This document shows, piece after piece, positions 49,394-58,732 of a stretch of DNA of 64,000 bases; position 1 is the first letter of the stretch, and each line of letters starts with the position of its first letter. The notes under the pieces were generated by a model, which searched no databases, had not been told where the DNA came from, and saw only the letters and a program-made list of their open reading frames with translations. Source of the DNA: Methanobacteriota archaeon (GTDB lineage Archaea > Thermoplasmatota > Poseidoniia > Poseidoniales > Poseidoniaceae); the NCBI GenBank assembly GCA_018659375.1, contig JABJMO010000063.1, positions 1,782 through 65,781 of the forward strand, read 5' to 3'. Made by a program: the position numbers and the translations under genes.

Positions 49394-50914
49394 TTAGGTG
49401 AAAATAGGTACTTCCATTTCGCCGATTTTTCTGGCTTTTTCTAACCTCAGCATACGTTTCCTAAGCACACTTGTTGATGATCTACTCACCTTAGTTGTCA
49501 ATATTTTGGATTCGAGAACTACGCCTTCGTCATCTCTTAGAACAACTTGAATATTGGTCTTGCCGAAAAATTCTCTATTCCAAGCCACATTCATCCATAA
49601 GACAACGCCTTTGTGAAGATATCTTGGCAACCAATCAAGACTGTCTTCCTCTTTTGGTGCTGATAATTTTAGCGCGTTTCTAGGCGGCGGGCAAGCCTTC
49701 AATTCAAATCGGTGAGTTCGAGATAATGGCTCACCATTTGGCACTAAAACCTCAACTCTAACGTTCCGCTTTTCAAACGTTTGATTATTCAAAACAATAA
49801 ACAGGTTTGTTGCACCTCCTACGCAGATATTGTCCAGTGCGACATCCATTCGCCACTTTGCCCTAGAGATTTCGGGCCTGCCGCTAAGTAAGTCAATTTG
49901 CAACCTATCTAGCAGATTAAACGCGCTAGGCTGCCACGCTTTTGCATGAGAAATTAATCTTTGAATCGTGCGCCAATTGAAATCTGTTTCTGAATCATAC
50001 AAGATTGGTTTTAGTTTACCTTTGGTGATAAATGAGGAAAACTCTTTGCCAACTTCCTCTGTGGATAATTCTTTTTGATCGTGTAAATATAGTAAATACA
50101 GCAATCTTTCGAGTGCTTGGCGCTTATCATAACCTGGCATTAAGGCGGCATGAAATTTCTTTTTCCATTCAGCCCAATCGAGTTGTAAATCCGGATCTAG
50201 GTGTGAAGATACTAAATCACTTAGAATACTTCCCAGTTGGGTTTGGTGATGAGTTGGCGCGTGTAACACTAGATTAGGAAATTTATCACCGAGTTGCCTA
50301 ACGTTTAAGTTCGTATACTGGGCATGTAAGGTATAGATAAAACCGGTGATAACTGAAACCATTAATGCCAAATTCCAAGCTACAGAGCCAGATTTAGTTG
50401 CAGTGGCGAGTACAATCATGGAAAATGAAACACCGACTAATACAGTGCTAATCAAATTGTATCTTCTGTGGTCTCTTAGGCCATCTATGATTCGATCAAT
50501 TCCTGGCTGAACTCGTAAAGTATGGCGCTTTCCATCTGAAAAACCACCTTGCTCACGCAAGGAAAGTCTAGCTTGCATTGCATGCCAAGCAGATTCAACA
50601 GCAATAACGTTAGGGAGTATGGCAAATAATGCCGGTATTGGCAAAAATATTACCACCCAATTCAAATCTGAAATCTGTGACGGGAAAAATACCCCCAACA
50701 TGGCGATGAAAGACAGTAATAAACCAATAATTGAACGCCAGTATATCAAAAACCGATTGCGGGCAAAGTTACCTACTAATTTACGACGGTTTTCTAATTG
50801 CTTCCATTGAAACCTAGTCTTTTCTAGTGGATCCTCTATTCTTTCGAAACCATGGCCATATGGATCGGGCAACTCGAGAGCCGACTCGGAATCCTTAGAC
50901 TGTTTCTTGGCCAT
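49394..50914 (-). CDS. Hypothetical membrane protein
   Basis: Four N-terminal TM helices followed by a soluble domain. Confidence 0.7.
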   Translation of the reverse strand: MAKKQSKDSESALELPDPYGHGFERIEDPLEKTRFQWKQLENRRKLVGNFARNRFLIYWRSIIGLLLSFIAMLGVFFPSQISDLNWVVIFLPIPALFAILPNVIAVESAWHAMQARLSLREQGGFSDGKRHTLRVQPGIDRIIDGLRDHRRYNLISTVLVGVSFSMIVLATATKSGSVAWNLALMVSVITGFIYTLHAQYTNLNVRQLGDKFPNLVLHAPTHHQTQLGSILSDLVSSHLDPDLQLDWAEWKKKFHAALMPGYDKRQALERLLYLLYLHDQKELSTEEVGKEFSSFITKGKLKPILYDSETDFNWRTIQRLISHAKAWQPSAFNLLDRLQIDLLSGRPEISRAKWRMDVALDNICVGGATNLFIVLNNQTFEKRNVRVEVLVPNGEPLSRTHRFELKACPPPRNALKLSAPKEEDSLDWLPRYLHKGVVLWMNVAWNREFFGKTNIQVVLRDDEGVVLESKILTTKVSRSSTSVLRKRMLRLEKARKIGEMEVPIFT

Positions 50915-50986
50915 GCTACCTAGTCCTGCACACGCTTACATTTTTACTGATTGCCTCATATTATAGGAATGTTGAGCAATTTTGAG

Positions 50987-51060
50987 CGGGCGCGGCAGGA
51001 TTCGAACCCGCGATCTTCGGCTTAGGAGGCCGACGCATTATCCAGCTGTGCTACGCGCCC
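50987..51060 (-). tRNA. tRNA-Arg(CCT)
   Basis: Reverse complement GGGCGCGTAGCACAGCTGGATAATGCGTCGGCCTCCTAAGCCGAAGATCGCGGGTTCGAATCCTGCCGCGCCCG forms a cloverleaf; anticodon CCT; no encoded CCA, no intron. Confidence 0.95.
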
Positions 51061-51097
51061 AACCTTTCCAGTTGAATACTCATGATGAGTATTGCTA

Positions 51098-52225
51098 TTA
51101 ATTTGCTAATTCAGAAATTTGAGCTACGTCTAATAAAAATCGCTCCAATACAATTCTTGGTTGCGAGGTTTTGAAGACTGAAACTTCACATTTAGCCAAA
51201 CTTATCATAATCTCAGAAAGCAACTTATCGCCAACATTCATTCGACCCTCGGTTAACAAGATATGTAGGTGCTTGACTATATCTTCAGCCTCCAGATTTT
51301 GTTTATCCATGATTTGATCTAGTAGGCCCATAGCACCCTTCAGAGACCTCACATTTCTGCCATTAGTCTTTTCCCAACGCCAATCATGTACTTTACCCCG
51401 CATGGCTTCTTCAAGCATAAGTTGAATCTCTCGAATCTTGGTTGAGGCAACTAATTCTTGTAGATTATGGCGATTGTCTAACAAATCTCGTTTTCCCATC
51501 AATTCGAGTATGAATATTGCTTTGCGCAAATTGCCGTTGCTAACGTGCGAGATATCGCCAACAACTCCCCTCGCACAATGCAGTTTTTCCTGTTCAACAA
51601 ATTCTTGTAATTTGGCTTCAATCTGTTTAGATGAATATCTAGAGAAGCGAATGTGTTGAGTTCGGCTTCGTAGTGCCTCAATTAATCGCGAAGGGGTTGT
51701 CGTAGTAAAAATAAATCTCGAGGTTAAACTACTATGTTCCATCATTCTTCTCAAGTATGCTTGGCGTAAATTGCCTAGATAATCTGCGTCCTCAATCACT
51801 ATGATTCTAGATAATTGGATTTTACCATCCCTCTTGGTGTTAAAGGTTTCACCACCCGATGGTGGCCCTGGATCGTTTGGCACATCGGCTAATGATTCGG
51901 TAAAGATGTCTAAACTAGTTAATCCCGCCAAAGAGCTACTTGACCCGCTTGGCCTTAGAAACTCCTCAAATTTTTTCATTGCGCCAGGCATTCTCGAGAG
52001 GTCTTTAGCATTGAGGATATGCGTTGTTGCTTTCCACCCTGGACCCAATAATTGTCTCGCCACTAAGCGCATTGCTGCAGTTTTACCAACGCCACTGGGG
52101 CCTGAAAGAAGTAGGTGCGGAGGGTTAGTTCCTGTTGATGCGGTTTCCAGTGTATCTATGATACTGTCAGTTAATAATAACTCAGAAAATTTAGTCGGGG
52201 CTTTTGACTCTAGCCACGACGTCAT
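51098..52225 (-). CDS. Replication factor C small subunit-like AAA+ ATPase (divergent)
   Basis: WLESKAP, PHLLLSGPSGVGKT, LNA.D, IIVIEDAD, ALRSR, GNLRKAI. Start set at the ATG at 52225. Confidence 0.8.
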   Translation of the reverse strand: MTSWLESKAPTKFSELLLTDSIIDTLETASTGTNPPHLLLSGPSGVGKTAAMRLVARQLLGPGWKATTHILNAKDLSRMPGAMKKFEEFLRPSGSSSSLAGLTSLDIFTESLADVPNDPGPPSGGETFNTKRDGKIQLSRIIVIEDADYLGNLRQAYLRRMMEHSSLTSRFIFTTTTPSRLIEALRSRTQHIRFSRYSSKQIEAKLQEFVEQEKLHCARGVVGDISHVSNGNLRKAIFILELMGKRDLLDNRHNLQELVASTKIREIQLMLEEAMRGKVHDWRWEKTNGRNVRSLKGAMGLLDQIMDKQNLEAEDIVKHLHILLTEGRMNVGDKLLSEIMISLAKCEVSVFKTSQPRIVLERFLLDVAQISELAN

Positions 52226-52270
52226 AAGACAATTTACCAGACGGCGGTTATTCAATTATCCGCGTTGTCT

Positions 52271-52420
52271 TTACTCGGCTATAAGTTTCTTAGTGCCGGT
52301 TCTACGAAGTTTCATGAAAATTCTTGAACCACACGCTTTGCAACTAATTCCATTACGCTCTCTGTGAAACGATTCTATGCTGCCACATACTGCGCATTTG
52401 TAATCTACTAGTTCAACCAT
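52271..52420 (-). CDS. rpoP: DNA-directed RNA polymerase subunit P (Rpo12)
   Basis: Hand translation MVELVDYKCAVCGSIESFHRERNGISCKACGSRIFMKLRRTGTKKLIAE*. C4 Zn ribbon with CGSRIFMK.R; below the ORF-track length cutoff. Confidence 0.92.
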   Translation of the reverse strand: MVELVDYKCAVCGSIESFHRERNGISCKACGSRIFMKLRRTGTKKLIAE

Positions 52421-52517
52421 AGTACTCAACTCAAGCCACCCGACTAGTCTTCCTTTCTTAACCTGTTTGTCGCGAGTTGGATTTATGCGATGCTAAAAAG
52501 CAGCATTTTGGGAGGTT

Positions 52518-52592
52518 TGGCGCCCACTCCGGGAATTGAACCCGGGTCGCAGGAATGACAATCCTGCATGATAACCTCTACACCAAGCGGGC
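52518..52592 (-). tRNA. tRNA-Asp(GTC)
   Basis: Reverse complement GCCCGCTTGGTGTAGAGGTTATCATGCAGGATTGTCATTCCTGCGACCCGGGTTCAATTCCCGGAGTGGGCGCCA; anticodon GTC; encoded CCA. Confidence 0.95.
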
Positions 52593-52620
52593 GTGTTCAT
52601 AGCATCCGGAGCGCAACCGC

Positions 52621-52628
52621 TATTTAAG
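52621..52628. promoter_or_regulatory. Candidate TATA box between tRNA-Asp and the divergent gene
   Basis: TATTTAAG (CTTAAATA on the minus strand); the only AT-rich run in a GC-rich spacer, about 30 nt from both starts. Confidence 0.5.
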
Positions 52629-52661
52629 CCGCGCCATGTGGGTCGAACGGGGAGTAACTAG

Positions 52662-54179
52662 ATGGCGAAGAAAAAAACCTCGGCTGAAATGGCTCGAGAA
52701 CAATCTGAACTTGCTAAAGTAGAAGGTATGCTGGGGGATGCTTTTGGCAGCTTAGGCGGCCTTGAACAATCAACTGACGAAGAGGTTTCAACAGAAACTT
52801 CAAATCCAGCAATGGATAAAACTGAAGGTGATGGTCTTGAAGTTACTGAAACATCAGAAGCAAATGATTCAGAAGCCGAAATGGCAACTCATCCTAATGA
52901 AAATGAGGATTCAGATGAACACCAAGCCTTTGAAGCGCCGCCAAGGCCTCACACCGGGCCGCCATCAGGGCCTCCAAGTGAAGCACCTAGCGGACCGCCA
53001 TCAGGTCCACCATCAGCACCGCCAAGCAAAGGACCGCCATCAGGGCCTCCAAGTGAAGCACCTAGCGGACCGCCATCAGGTCCACCATCAGCACCACCAA
53101 GCAAAGGGCCACCATCAGCACCACCAAGCAAGGTTCCACCATCAAGACCTCCTACTGAGGCGCCCGACGAACCTACTTCTAGTGGGCAAGAAAGCGACTC
53201 TCCGGTTGAGACAGACGAACCAAAAGTGCCTGAACAGGTAGACGAGGATAACAACGGCTCTGAAGAGGACGATTCAAATGAAGTGGCTAATGATGCCAAG
53301 TCCGAACTAGAAGAAGACGTCAACCATAACGAGGAATCTAATGAACGAGATGATGCTGAACCTATGGAGGTTGAAGCAGAAGAAGTACTCGATGAGGAAC
53401 CGACAAGCGGTGAGGAAAATGATAACGCTGAAAGTAAGGGAGATATTCAACAAAAAGAAGCTGAGATTGCAAGACTTGCAGCGGAAGTTGAACGGCTAAG
53501 AAGTTCCATGATTGGAGCTGCTGAAGTAATTGAAGAGTTAGAAAATCCACCCATGCCGCCTATTGTTGAGGAAGATGTGGTAATCGGTGCGCATACTGTT
53601 GCTGACATAGCTCGAATGGCTAGACAATTAGATCGTGATGAACTAGTTAGAGCCTCAATGGGCGCAATTGCAATGCTCCACCCTGAAAGCCCTGAAGTTT
53701 TAATCTCGACAAAGCACAGCGCAATGTTACCGAGGATGAACGAGAAAGACATCTGTGCGGGTAAATTAGGTGGAAAGGCCCCAAGAGGGGCTCCAGAAGA
53801 TTGGCGAGTCCTAGAAGTGCTGCTTGCATCTGCTAGTTTGGTAACTGGCGGCCCTGCAGCAGTAATTCATGCTCATGGACCTTACACAACAGCGGTAAGT
53901 TGTGAGCAAGATTTAGTCCTAATGCAGCCAATCGACGAGATTGGCAAGGAGCAAATTGGCAAAATTATCATTGTTGACCCAGACTCCGAAAACCCTGAAG
54001 AATTCCTTCGTCAAGTCGCTGAGGCTTTGCAGCAAGGCGGAATGAGATGCGTTGTGGTTAGAGGTAAAGGATCTTATGCAGTGGGAGCAGATTTGGATCA
54101 AGCATGGGCAAATGCCGCAATGCTGGAACATAGTATGAAGATTGTAATGCTAGCCAGGCAAGCTAATCTCAAAGTATGA
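52662..54179 (+). CDS. Class II aldolase/adducin-fold protein with long acidic/Pro-rich disordered N-terminus
   Basis: C-terminal 'AVIHAHGPYTTAVS', 'VVVRGKGSYAVGADLDQAW..LEHS'; N-terminal low-complexity region. Confidence 0.8.
   Translation: MAKKKTSAEMAREQSELAKVEGMLGDAFGSLGGLEQSTDEEVSTETSNPAMDKTEGDGLEVTETSEANDSEAEMATHPNENEDSDEHQAFEAPPRPHTGPPSGPPSEAPSGPPSGPPSAPPSKGPPSGPPSEAPSGPPSGPPSAPPSKGPPSAPPSKVPPSRPPTEAPDEPTSSGQESDSPVETDEPKVPEQVDEDNNGSEEDDSNEVANDAKSELEEDVNHNEESNERDDAEPMEVEAEEVLDEEPTSGEENDNAESKGDIQQKEAEIARLAAEVERLRSSMIGAAEVIEELENPPMPPIVEEDVVIGAHTVADIARMARQLDRDELVRASMGAIAMLHPESPEVLISTKHSAMLPRMNEKDICAGKLGGKAPRGAPEDWRVLEVLLASASLVTGGPAAVIHAHGPYTTAVSCEQDLVLMQPIDEIGKEQIGKIIIVDPDSENPEEFLRQVAEALQQGGMRCVVVRGKGSYAVGADLDQAWANAAMLEHSMKIVMLARQANLKV
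52959..53135 (+). repeat. 75-bp tandem duplication (2 copies plus a partial) encoding PPSGPPSEAPSGPPSGPPSAPPSKG
   Basis: Copies start at 52959 and 53034 and differ at 2 of 75 positions. Confidence 0.9.
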
Positions 54180-54220
54180 CTGAAACAGGAATTGATAAAC
54201 GCTGTTAAGAATCATAATTC

Positions 54221-55180
54221 ATGAGCGAGCGGCCCAAGATTGCTGTGTCTGCATGTCTAGTAGGGCAGAAAGTTAGACACAATGGTGATACCGCAGAATC
54301 TAGAGTATTGACTACAGAGTGGGCTAATTATCTAGAAATATTACCATTATGTCCTGAAATAGGCATCGGAATGGAAGTACCAAGGTCAAAAATTAGACTA
54401 ACAAAAATTGATGGGAAATTAGGTCTGGTAAATCCAAATGATGGCGAAGAACTGACCAATAAAATGCTTTCATATGCTGAAATACAGTCAGACCTGTTAG
54501 TTTCTGAGGGTATTTGCGGATTTGTTTTTAATAATGATTCGGCAACCTGCGGATTAGAGTCTGTCAACGTTTATCATGACGATAACCCCACACCAACACA
54601 GAACGGGCGGGGCTTATTTGCGATGGTCTTCACTTCGCTTAACCCACACATCCCAGTAATCAATGAATCACGCCTATCTGACCCGCGCCAAGCCGAACAT
54701 TTCCTTGCCCGAGTGCATTTCTTTAATGAATGGAAAAAGAGTGGCAAAAACGGTTGGGATGCTGGTAAAATTATGCGTTTCCACAACGAAAACAAATTGT
54801 TCTTACTCAGCCGAGCACCCCTAATGAAAAGGCTTCTAGGAAGGCTGATTGCCACCAGGTTTGACGAAGGAACCCATCCTGAGAATGTTGCTTTAGAGTA
54901 TATCACTGAGGCCCAAAAAGGACTTCAAACATTGACTAAGAACGGCAGGATTGCCCACACTATGGAGAGAGTTTTTGGCAGGTTCTCTAACCAACTATCT
55001 AAGGCAGAAAAGCAAGAAGTAGTCAAATTGATTCATGGATTTAGAGAAGGTGTTTTACCAAGATCTGCTCCACTAGATATGCTTAATCAATACCTAACAA
55101 GGTACAACATGGATGATAAGAATTTAAACAGATTCATCACCTCAGTTCCTTTAGAAATGGAATTAATGGCTAATGTTTAG
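54221..55180 (+). CDS. DUF523 (TudS-like) + DUF1722 (YbgA-like) protein
   Basis: VSACLVGQKVRHNG, CPEIGIGMEVPR, TCG, G.GLFA, FH..NK. Confidence 0.82.
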   Translation: MSERPKIAVSACLVGQKVRHNGDTAESRVLTTEWANYLEILPLCPEIGIGMEVPRSKIRLTKIDGKLGLVNPNDGEELTNKMLSYAEIQSDLLVSEGICGFVFNNDSATCGLESVNVYHDDNPTPTQNGRGLFAMVFTSLNPHIPVINESRLSDPRQAEHFLARVHFFNEWKKSGKNGWDAGKIMRFHNENKLFLLSRAPLMKRLLGRLIATRFDEGTHPENVALEYITEAQKGLQTLTKNGRIAHTMERVFGRFSNQLSKAEKQEVVKLIHGFREGVLPRSAPLDMLNQYLTRYNMDDKNLNRFITSVPLEMELMANV

Positions 55181-55555
55181 TCAAATTTGTATTTGTATTT
55201 TTGATTCCAGTACTCTAGTTGGATAAACTTGGAGATCTTTTTGTTTGGACAACTTCCCAACAACTTTCCCGAATGGAGGAAATAACGGGAATGGTGCCCA
55301 TTCAACTAATTCACCATCGGCAATTTGGTGTGTTGTTTGATGTAATGGACAACGTATGCAATCATCCTTGACCTTACCGCCCCAAGCCAGCGGCCATCTC
55401 ATGTGCCTACACAGTGCTTCTGTAGCGAAGTATGCTCCTTCATGCATTCCTAGTAGAACCATTTTACCATTGACTCTGAGCATTTTCTTTTTCCCGTTTT
55501 TTAACTTTGACACCTTTATTGCGTCGTGCCAATTTAATTCCTCAGTTCCTGACAT
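55181..55555 (-). CDS. Rieske [2Fe-2S] ferredoxin
   Basis: CRH..CPLH ligands; start set at the ATG at 55555. Confidence 0.88.
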   Translation of the reverse strand: MSGTEELNWHDAIKVSKLKNGKKKMLRVNGKMVLLGMHEGAYFATEALCRHMRWPLAWGGKVKDDCIRCPLHQTTHQIADGELVEWAPFPLFPPFGKVVGKLSKQKDLQVYPTRVLESKIQIQI

Positions 55556-56273
55556 TTGCCATACCCCCATCTAGATTAAGCACTTGGCCGGTGAAATTGT
55601 CTGGTGCCTCTGTTAACAGCCATCTAATAGAAGTAGCAACTTCTTCTGGTTGATTAATCCGTTTCATTGGAATCATTGATACTGCTGCTTCACGAATAGC
55701 GTCTGATCTTAAGAATGCGCTGCCAAGTCTAGTTTCGGTTAATCCCGGAGCAACTGCGTTAACTCTAATGTTGCGTTGGGCATAAGTGGCTGCTGATGAT
55801 CTAACCATTGCCTCAACCCCTCCTTTTGCTGCTGCAATAGCTTCATGATTTACTAAACCCAAACTTCCTGCTACACTAGAAGTAAAAACCAATCGGCCAC
55901 CACCAGAACGCAACATTGACTTGCATATCAAAGACAATGACAGAAAGGCACTAGTTAAATTTGTCCGAATAACTTCCTCAAAAGCCTCTACTTTGAGAGC
56001 ATGAGGTGGCTTGACTAGAATTGAGCCTACTAAGTGAGCAGCACCAGCAATACTTCCATTGCCGTTTTCTTTAGCAGTATCTATTGCTGATTGGAGATCT
56101 GCAGGATTCAAAGCATCACCAATAATGACGCTCACACCACTGTTTGACAAGTGTTCAACTCTGGAACTGTCGCGGGCTAGAATGGTGACTTGTTTGCCTT
56201 GTTCGACTAGTTCTGAGACTAATATTTGTGCAATGTCACTACTGCCGCCAACCACTAAATAAGATTCTGTCAT
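55542..56273 (-). CDS. Short-chain dehydrogenase/reductase
   Basis: VGGSSDIA, NL, SSVA, IAAAK (canonical Tyr absent), VNAVAPG, LDGG. Start set at the ATG at 56273. Confidence 0.88.
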   Translation of the reverse strand: MTESYLVVGGSSDIAQILVSELVEQGKQVTILARDSSRVEHLSNSGVSVIIGDALNPADLQSAIDTAKENGNGSIAGAAHLVGSILVKPPHALKVEAFEEVIRTNLTSAFLSLSLICKSMLRSGGGRLVFTSSVAGSLGLVNHEAIAAAKGGVEAMVRSSAATYAQRNIRVNAVAPGLTETRLGSAFLRSDAIREAAVSMIPMKRINQPEEVATSIRWLLTEAPDNFTGQVLNLDGGMANVRN

Positions 56274-56315
56274 GTTGCGAAATGGTTTGGTCAACTTTTA
56301 TACCCGTGTTTTGAT

Positions 56316-56912
56316 TTAATTCTTTGAATCTCGAGATATTCGGCATATTTCAACAAAATTTTCAAACATCTCTTTACCGAATTCTGAATCATTAACTTCG
56401 GGATGAAATTGTAATCCAAACCGATCCCCGGCTTCATTTTCCATGCCTTGTACCTTGCATGAAGGACTACTAGCAGTAATGAAGAAGCCATCTGGTACTT
56501 CATGCACCTCATCATTGTGTGATTCCCAAACCGTTTGAGCCAGTGAGGTGTTTTGGAAAATTTTACCTCCTTGGTTTTGTAATTCAATTTCCATTGCGCC
56601 AAATTCTGGTATGGGAGACTCCCTTGCATCTCCGCCGTAATGTCTTGCCATGAATTGATGTCCTGCACAAATCCCAAGCACTGGTATGTCAAGCTCTAGA
56701 TATGCTGCACAATTACCCAACTCCCCCGTTAGGCCTACTCTTGCTGCCCCACCAGAGAGAATTATTCCATCTAGTTCTCGAAGTTGTTCAACAGGAGTTG
56801 TATTGTCGATGATTTTGGTGTCTACCTTGAGATATCGTAACATTCTCCATTCTCTGTGTGTCCATTGACCGCCATTATCAACGACATCAATGACTAATGG
56901 TTTATCACTCAT
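56316..56912 (-). CDS. guaAA: GMP synthase glutamine amidotransferase subunit A
   Basis: VDNGGQWTHR, LSGG, GICAGHQ, SHNDEV, QFHPEV. Confidence 0.93.
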   Translation of the reverse strand: MSDKPLVIDVVDNGGQWTHREWRMLRYLKVDTKIIDNTTPVEQLRELDGIILSGGAARVGLTGELGNCAAYLELDIPVLGICAGHQFMARHYGGDARESPIPEFGAMEIELQNQGGKIFQNTSLAQTVWESHNDEVHEVPDGFFITASSPSCKVQGMENEAGDRFGLQFHPEVNDSEFGKEMFENFVEICRISRDSKN

Positions 56913-56921
56913 GTCATCACC

Positions 56922-57308
56922 TCACTCTGTGGCGTTTTTTCTGGCGTGAATAAACGATTGGACGCATAAATAAGTATAGATTGAACCTGTGACTAGGAGC
57001 ATCAACATCGAGCCTGAGGCGTAATTAATCCCATCGGATATCACCATCAGGAATCTAGTGCCACCAAGGGCACAGAGTAATCCGAAACTTACTGCGATAT
57101 GCATCCACAATTTCTTTTTGTGCGGTTGTAAGTTTGTCATTAGCCCCGAGATTAACAAAGGTACTCCCATTATTGCCGGAATAAACGAGGTGATGGATTT
57201 CGAGCCGGACAGTAATGATACAGCAATACCCCATGCAATGAGTAATCCTCCATACCCAATTGTAAGGTTAGTCATCGATATGCCCATCGGTTTGTACTCG
57301 TCTGCCAT
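56922..57308 (-). CDS. Small membrane protein (TMEM14-like)
   Basis: Four TM helices, S.TS.IPA..G, MHIA, SFIHARK. Confidence 0.65.
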   Translation of the reverse strand: MADEYKPMGISMTNLTIGYGGLLIAWGIAVSLLSGSKSITSFIPAIMGVPLLISGLMTNLQPHKKKLWMHIAVSFGLLCALGGTRFLMVISDGINYASGSMLMLLVTGSIYTYLCVQSFIHARKNATE

Positions 57309-57361
57309 GACTATGCGTCATACTGAATATCTAAAATGGCTTTGAAACAATTGATGAATGA

Positions 57362-58732
57362 TTGTCTACTGGATTAGGTTGGTCGCCTATGGATTTATCG
57401 GATGTTCCAGATGGTTGGCCCGGCAATATTTGGCTGGAAGGCAAGACTGTTGTCCACCTACAACCAAACCAAGAGCGACCTACGCACATGCCGCGTGGGC
57501 CGGCAAAAAAAACCGGAGGTGGTTTTCTTAATCCGGCCATGGCGCCTTCTAGAACAAGATCTGTTCTGCTGTTACAGGATGCCTTGGAGAATAATTGGCT
57601 GACACCTGAAGACAAACCAATTCGTGCCTTTGATGCAATGTGCTCAACAGGAGTAAGGATAAGACGCTGGCGTAATGAGATTGCGCACCACTTACAAAGC
57701 AGATTGAGAATAACCGGTAACGATTTGAATGATTTTGCATTATCATGGGCGGTAAATTCTCACAACACAAATTTACCACAATACACTGAAAACATTGAAA
57801 TGAATCTAGACCGATATGGCTCTATGGCTCAAAGGATTCCTGTTGAAGGAATTTACTTTCAAAAAATGGATGCGAAGTTAGCAATGGCTGATGCTTCATA
57901 CCAGTGGATAGATATTGACCCATTTGGCTCACCAGTGGCCTTTATCGATTCTGCGATTCAAAGCTTAGCACGCATCGGTGTACTAGAAGTAACTGCCACA
58001 GATACCGCAGCATTAACTGGCTCCTCACCAAGTTCTCAAAAGCGCAGATACGCTGCTAGAGGGATTGTCGATGATTATGCCCATGATGATGCAATAAGGG
58101 TTTTGTTGGGACTTATTGCCAAAACAGCAGCTATGCATGACCGGGTTATCAAACCAATAATGGCGCTATTTGACGGCCACCATGTCAGAGTTAGTATATT
58201 AGTTAAATCGAGTAAAGAAGAAGCATCGAATTTCCAAAAAAATATTGGTTGGCGGTTACGTTGTGAAGATATACCTTACAAATTTATTAGATTCCCTAAC
58301 CAAGAAGAAGTTAATTCTGCAAGTGGTCCGTTGTGGATAGGACCTTTGATGGATAAGGAAATTGCCGGTAGGATGACCATTGAGAAAGCTATTGAGACCT
58401 GCCTGCCCAATGACACAGAACTTCTACTTGCCAAACAGAAAGGTTTGGATTGGAGCGGTCGTGACTCAGAATATGCTACTAGGGAAATGGCTCGGAGTGT
58501 CAAGCACATTGCTCAGGCTGCTGATTTACTGAGTCGAGAACATCTTTTACTAAGCCTGGATGCTATGCCAAGACTTGCTGGAACAAAGGGCACTCCAAAG
58601 ATGGAGTATATTCTAAACGACCTCGTGGAGTTAGGTTATTGCGCTGCTAGATATCCAGATATGGATCCTATGTTTGCCACTGATGCCCCGTTTGACAAAG
58701 TTTTACAGGTAGTTCGAAAGTATCACAATTAA
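57362..58732 (+). CDS. trm1: tRNA (guanine26-N2)-dimethyltransferase
   Basis: FLNPAM..SR, DAMCSTGVR, IDIDPFGSP, VTATDTAAL, GPLWIGPL, TDAP. Confidence 0.88.
   Translation: MSTGLGWSPMDLSDVPDGWPGNIWLEGKTVVHLQPNQERPTHMPRGPAKKTGGGFLNPAMAPSRTRSVLLLQDALENNWLTPEDKPIRAFDAMCSTGVRIRRWRNEIAHHLQSRLRITGNDLNDFALSWAVNSHNTNLPQYTENIEMNLDRYGSMAQRIPVEGIYFQKMDAKLAMADASYQWIDIDPFGSPVAFIDSAIQSLARIGVLEVTATDTAALTGSSPSSQKRRYAARGIVDDYAHDDAIRVLLGLIAKTAAMHDRVIKPIMALFDGHHVRVSILVKSSKEEASNFQKNIGWRLRCEDIPYKFIRFPNQEEVNSASGPLWIGPLMDKEIAGRMTIEKAIETCLPNDTELLLAKQKGLDWSGRDSEYATREMARSVKHIAQAADLLSREHLLLSLDAMPRLAGTKGTPKMEYILNDLVELGYCAARYPDMDPMFATDAPFDKVLQVVRKYHN

Noticed and set aside
52762..53323. His/Gln-rich and Gly-rich repeat ORFs
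   Set aside because: Alternate-frame and antisense readings of the Pro-rich repeat.
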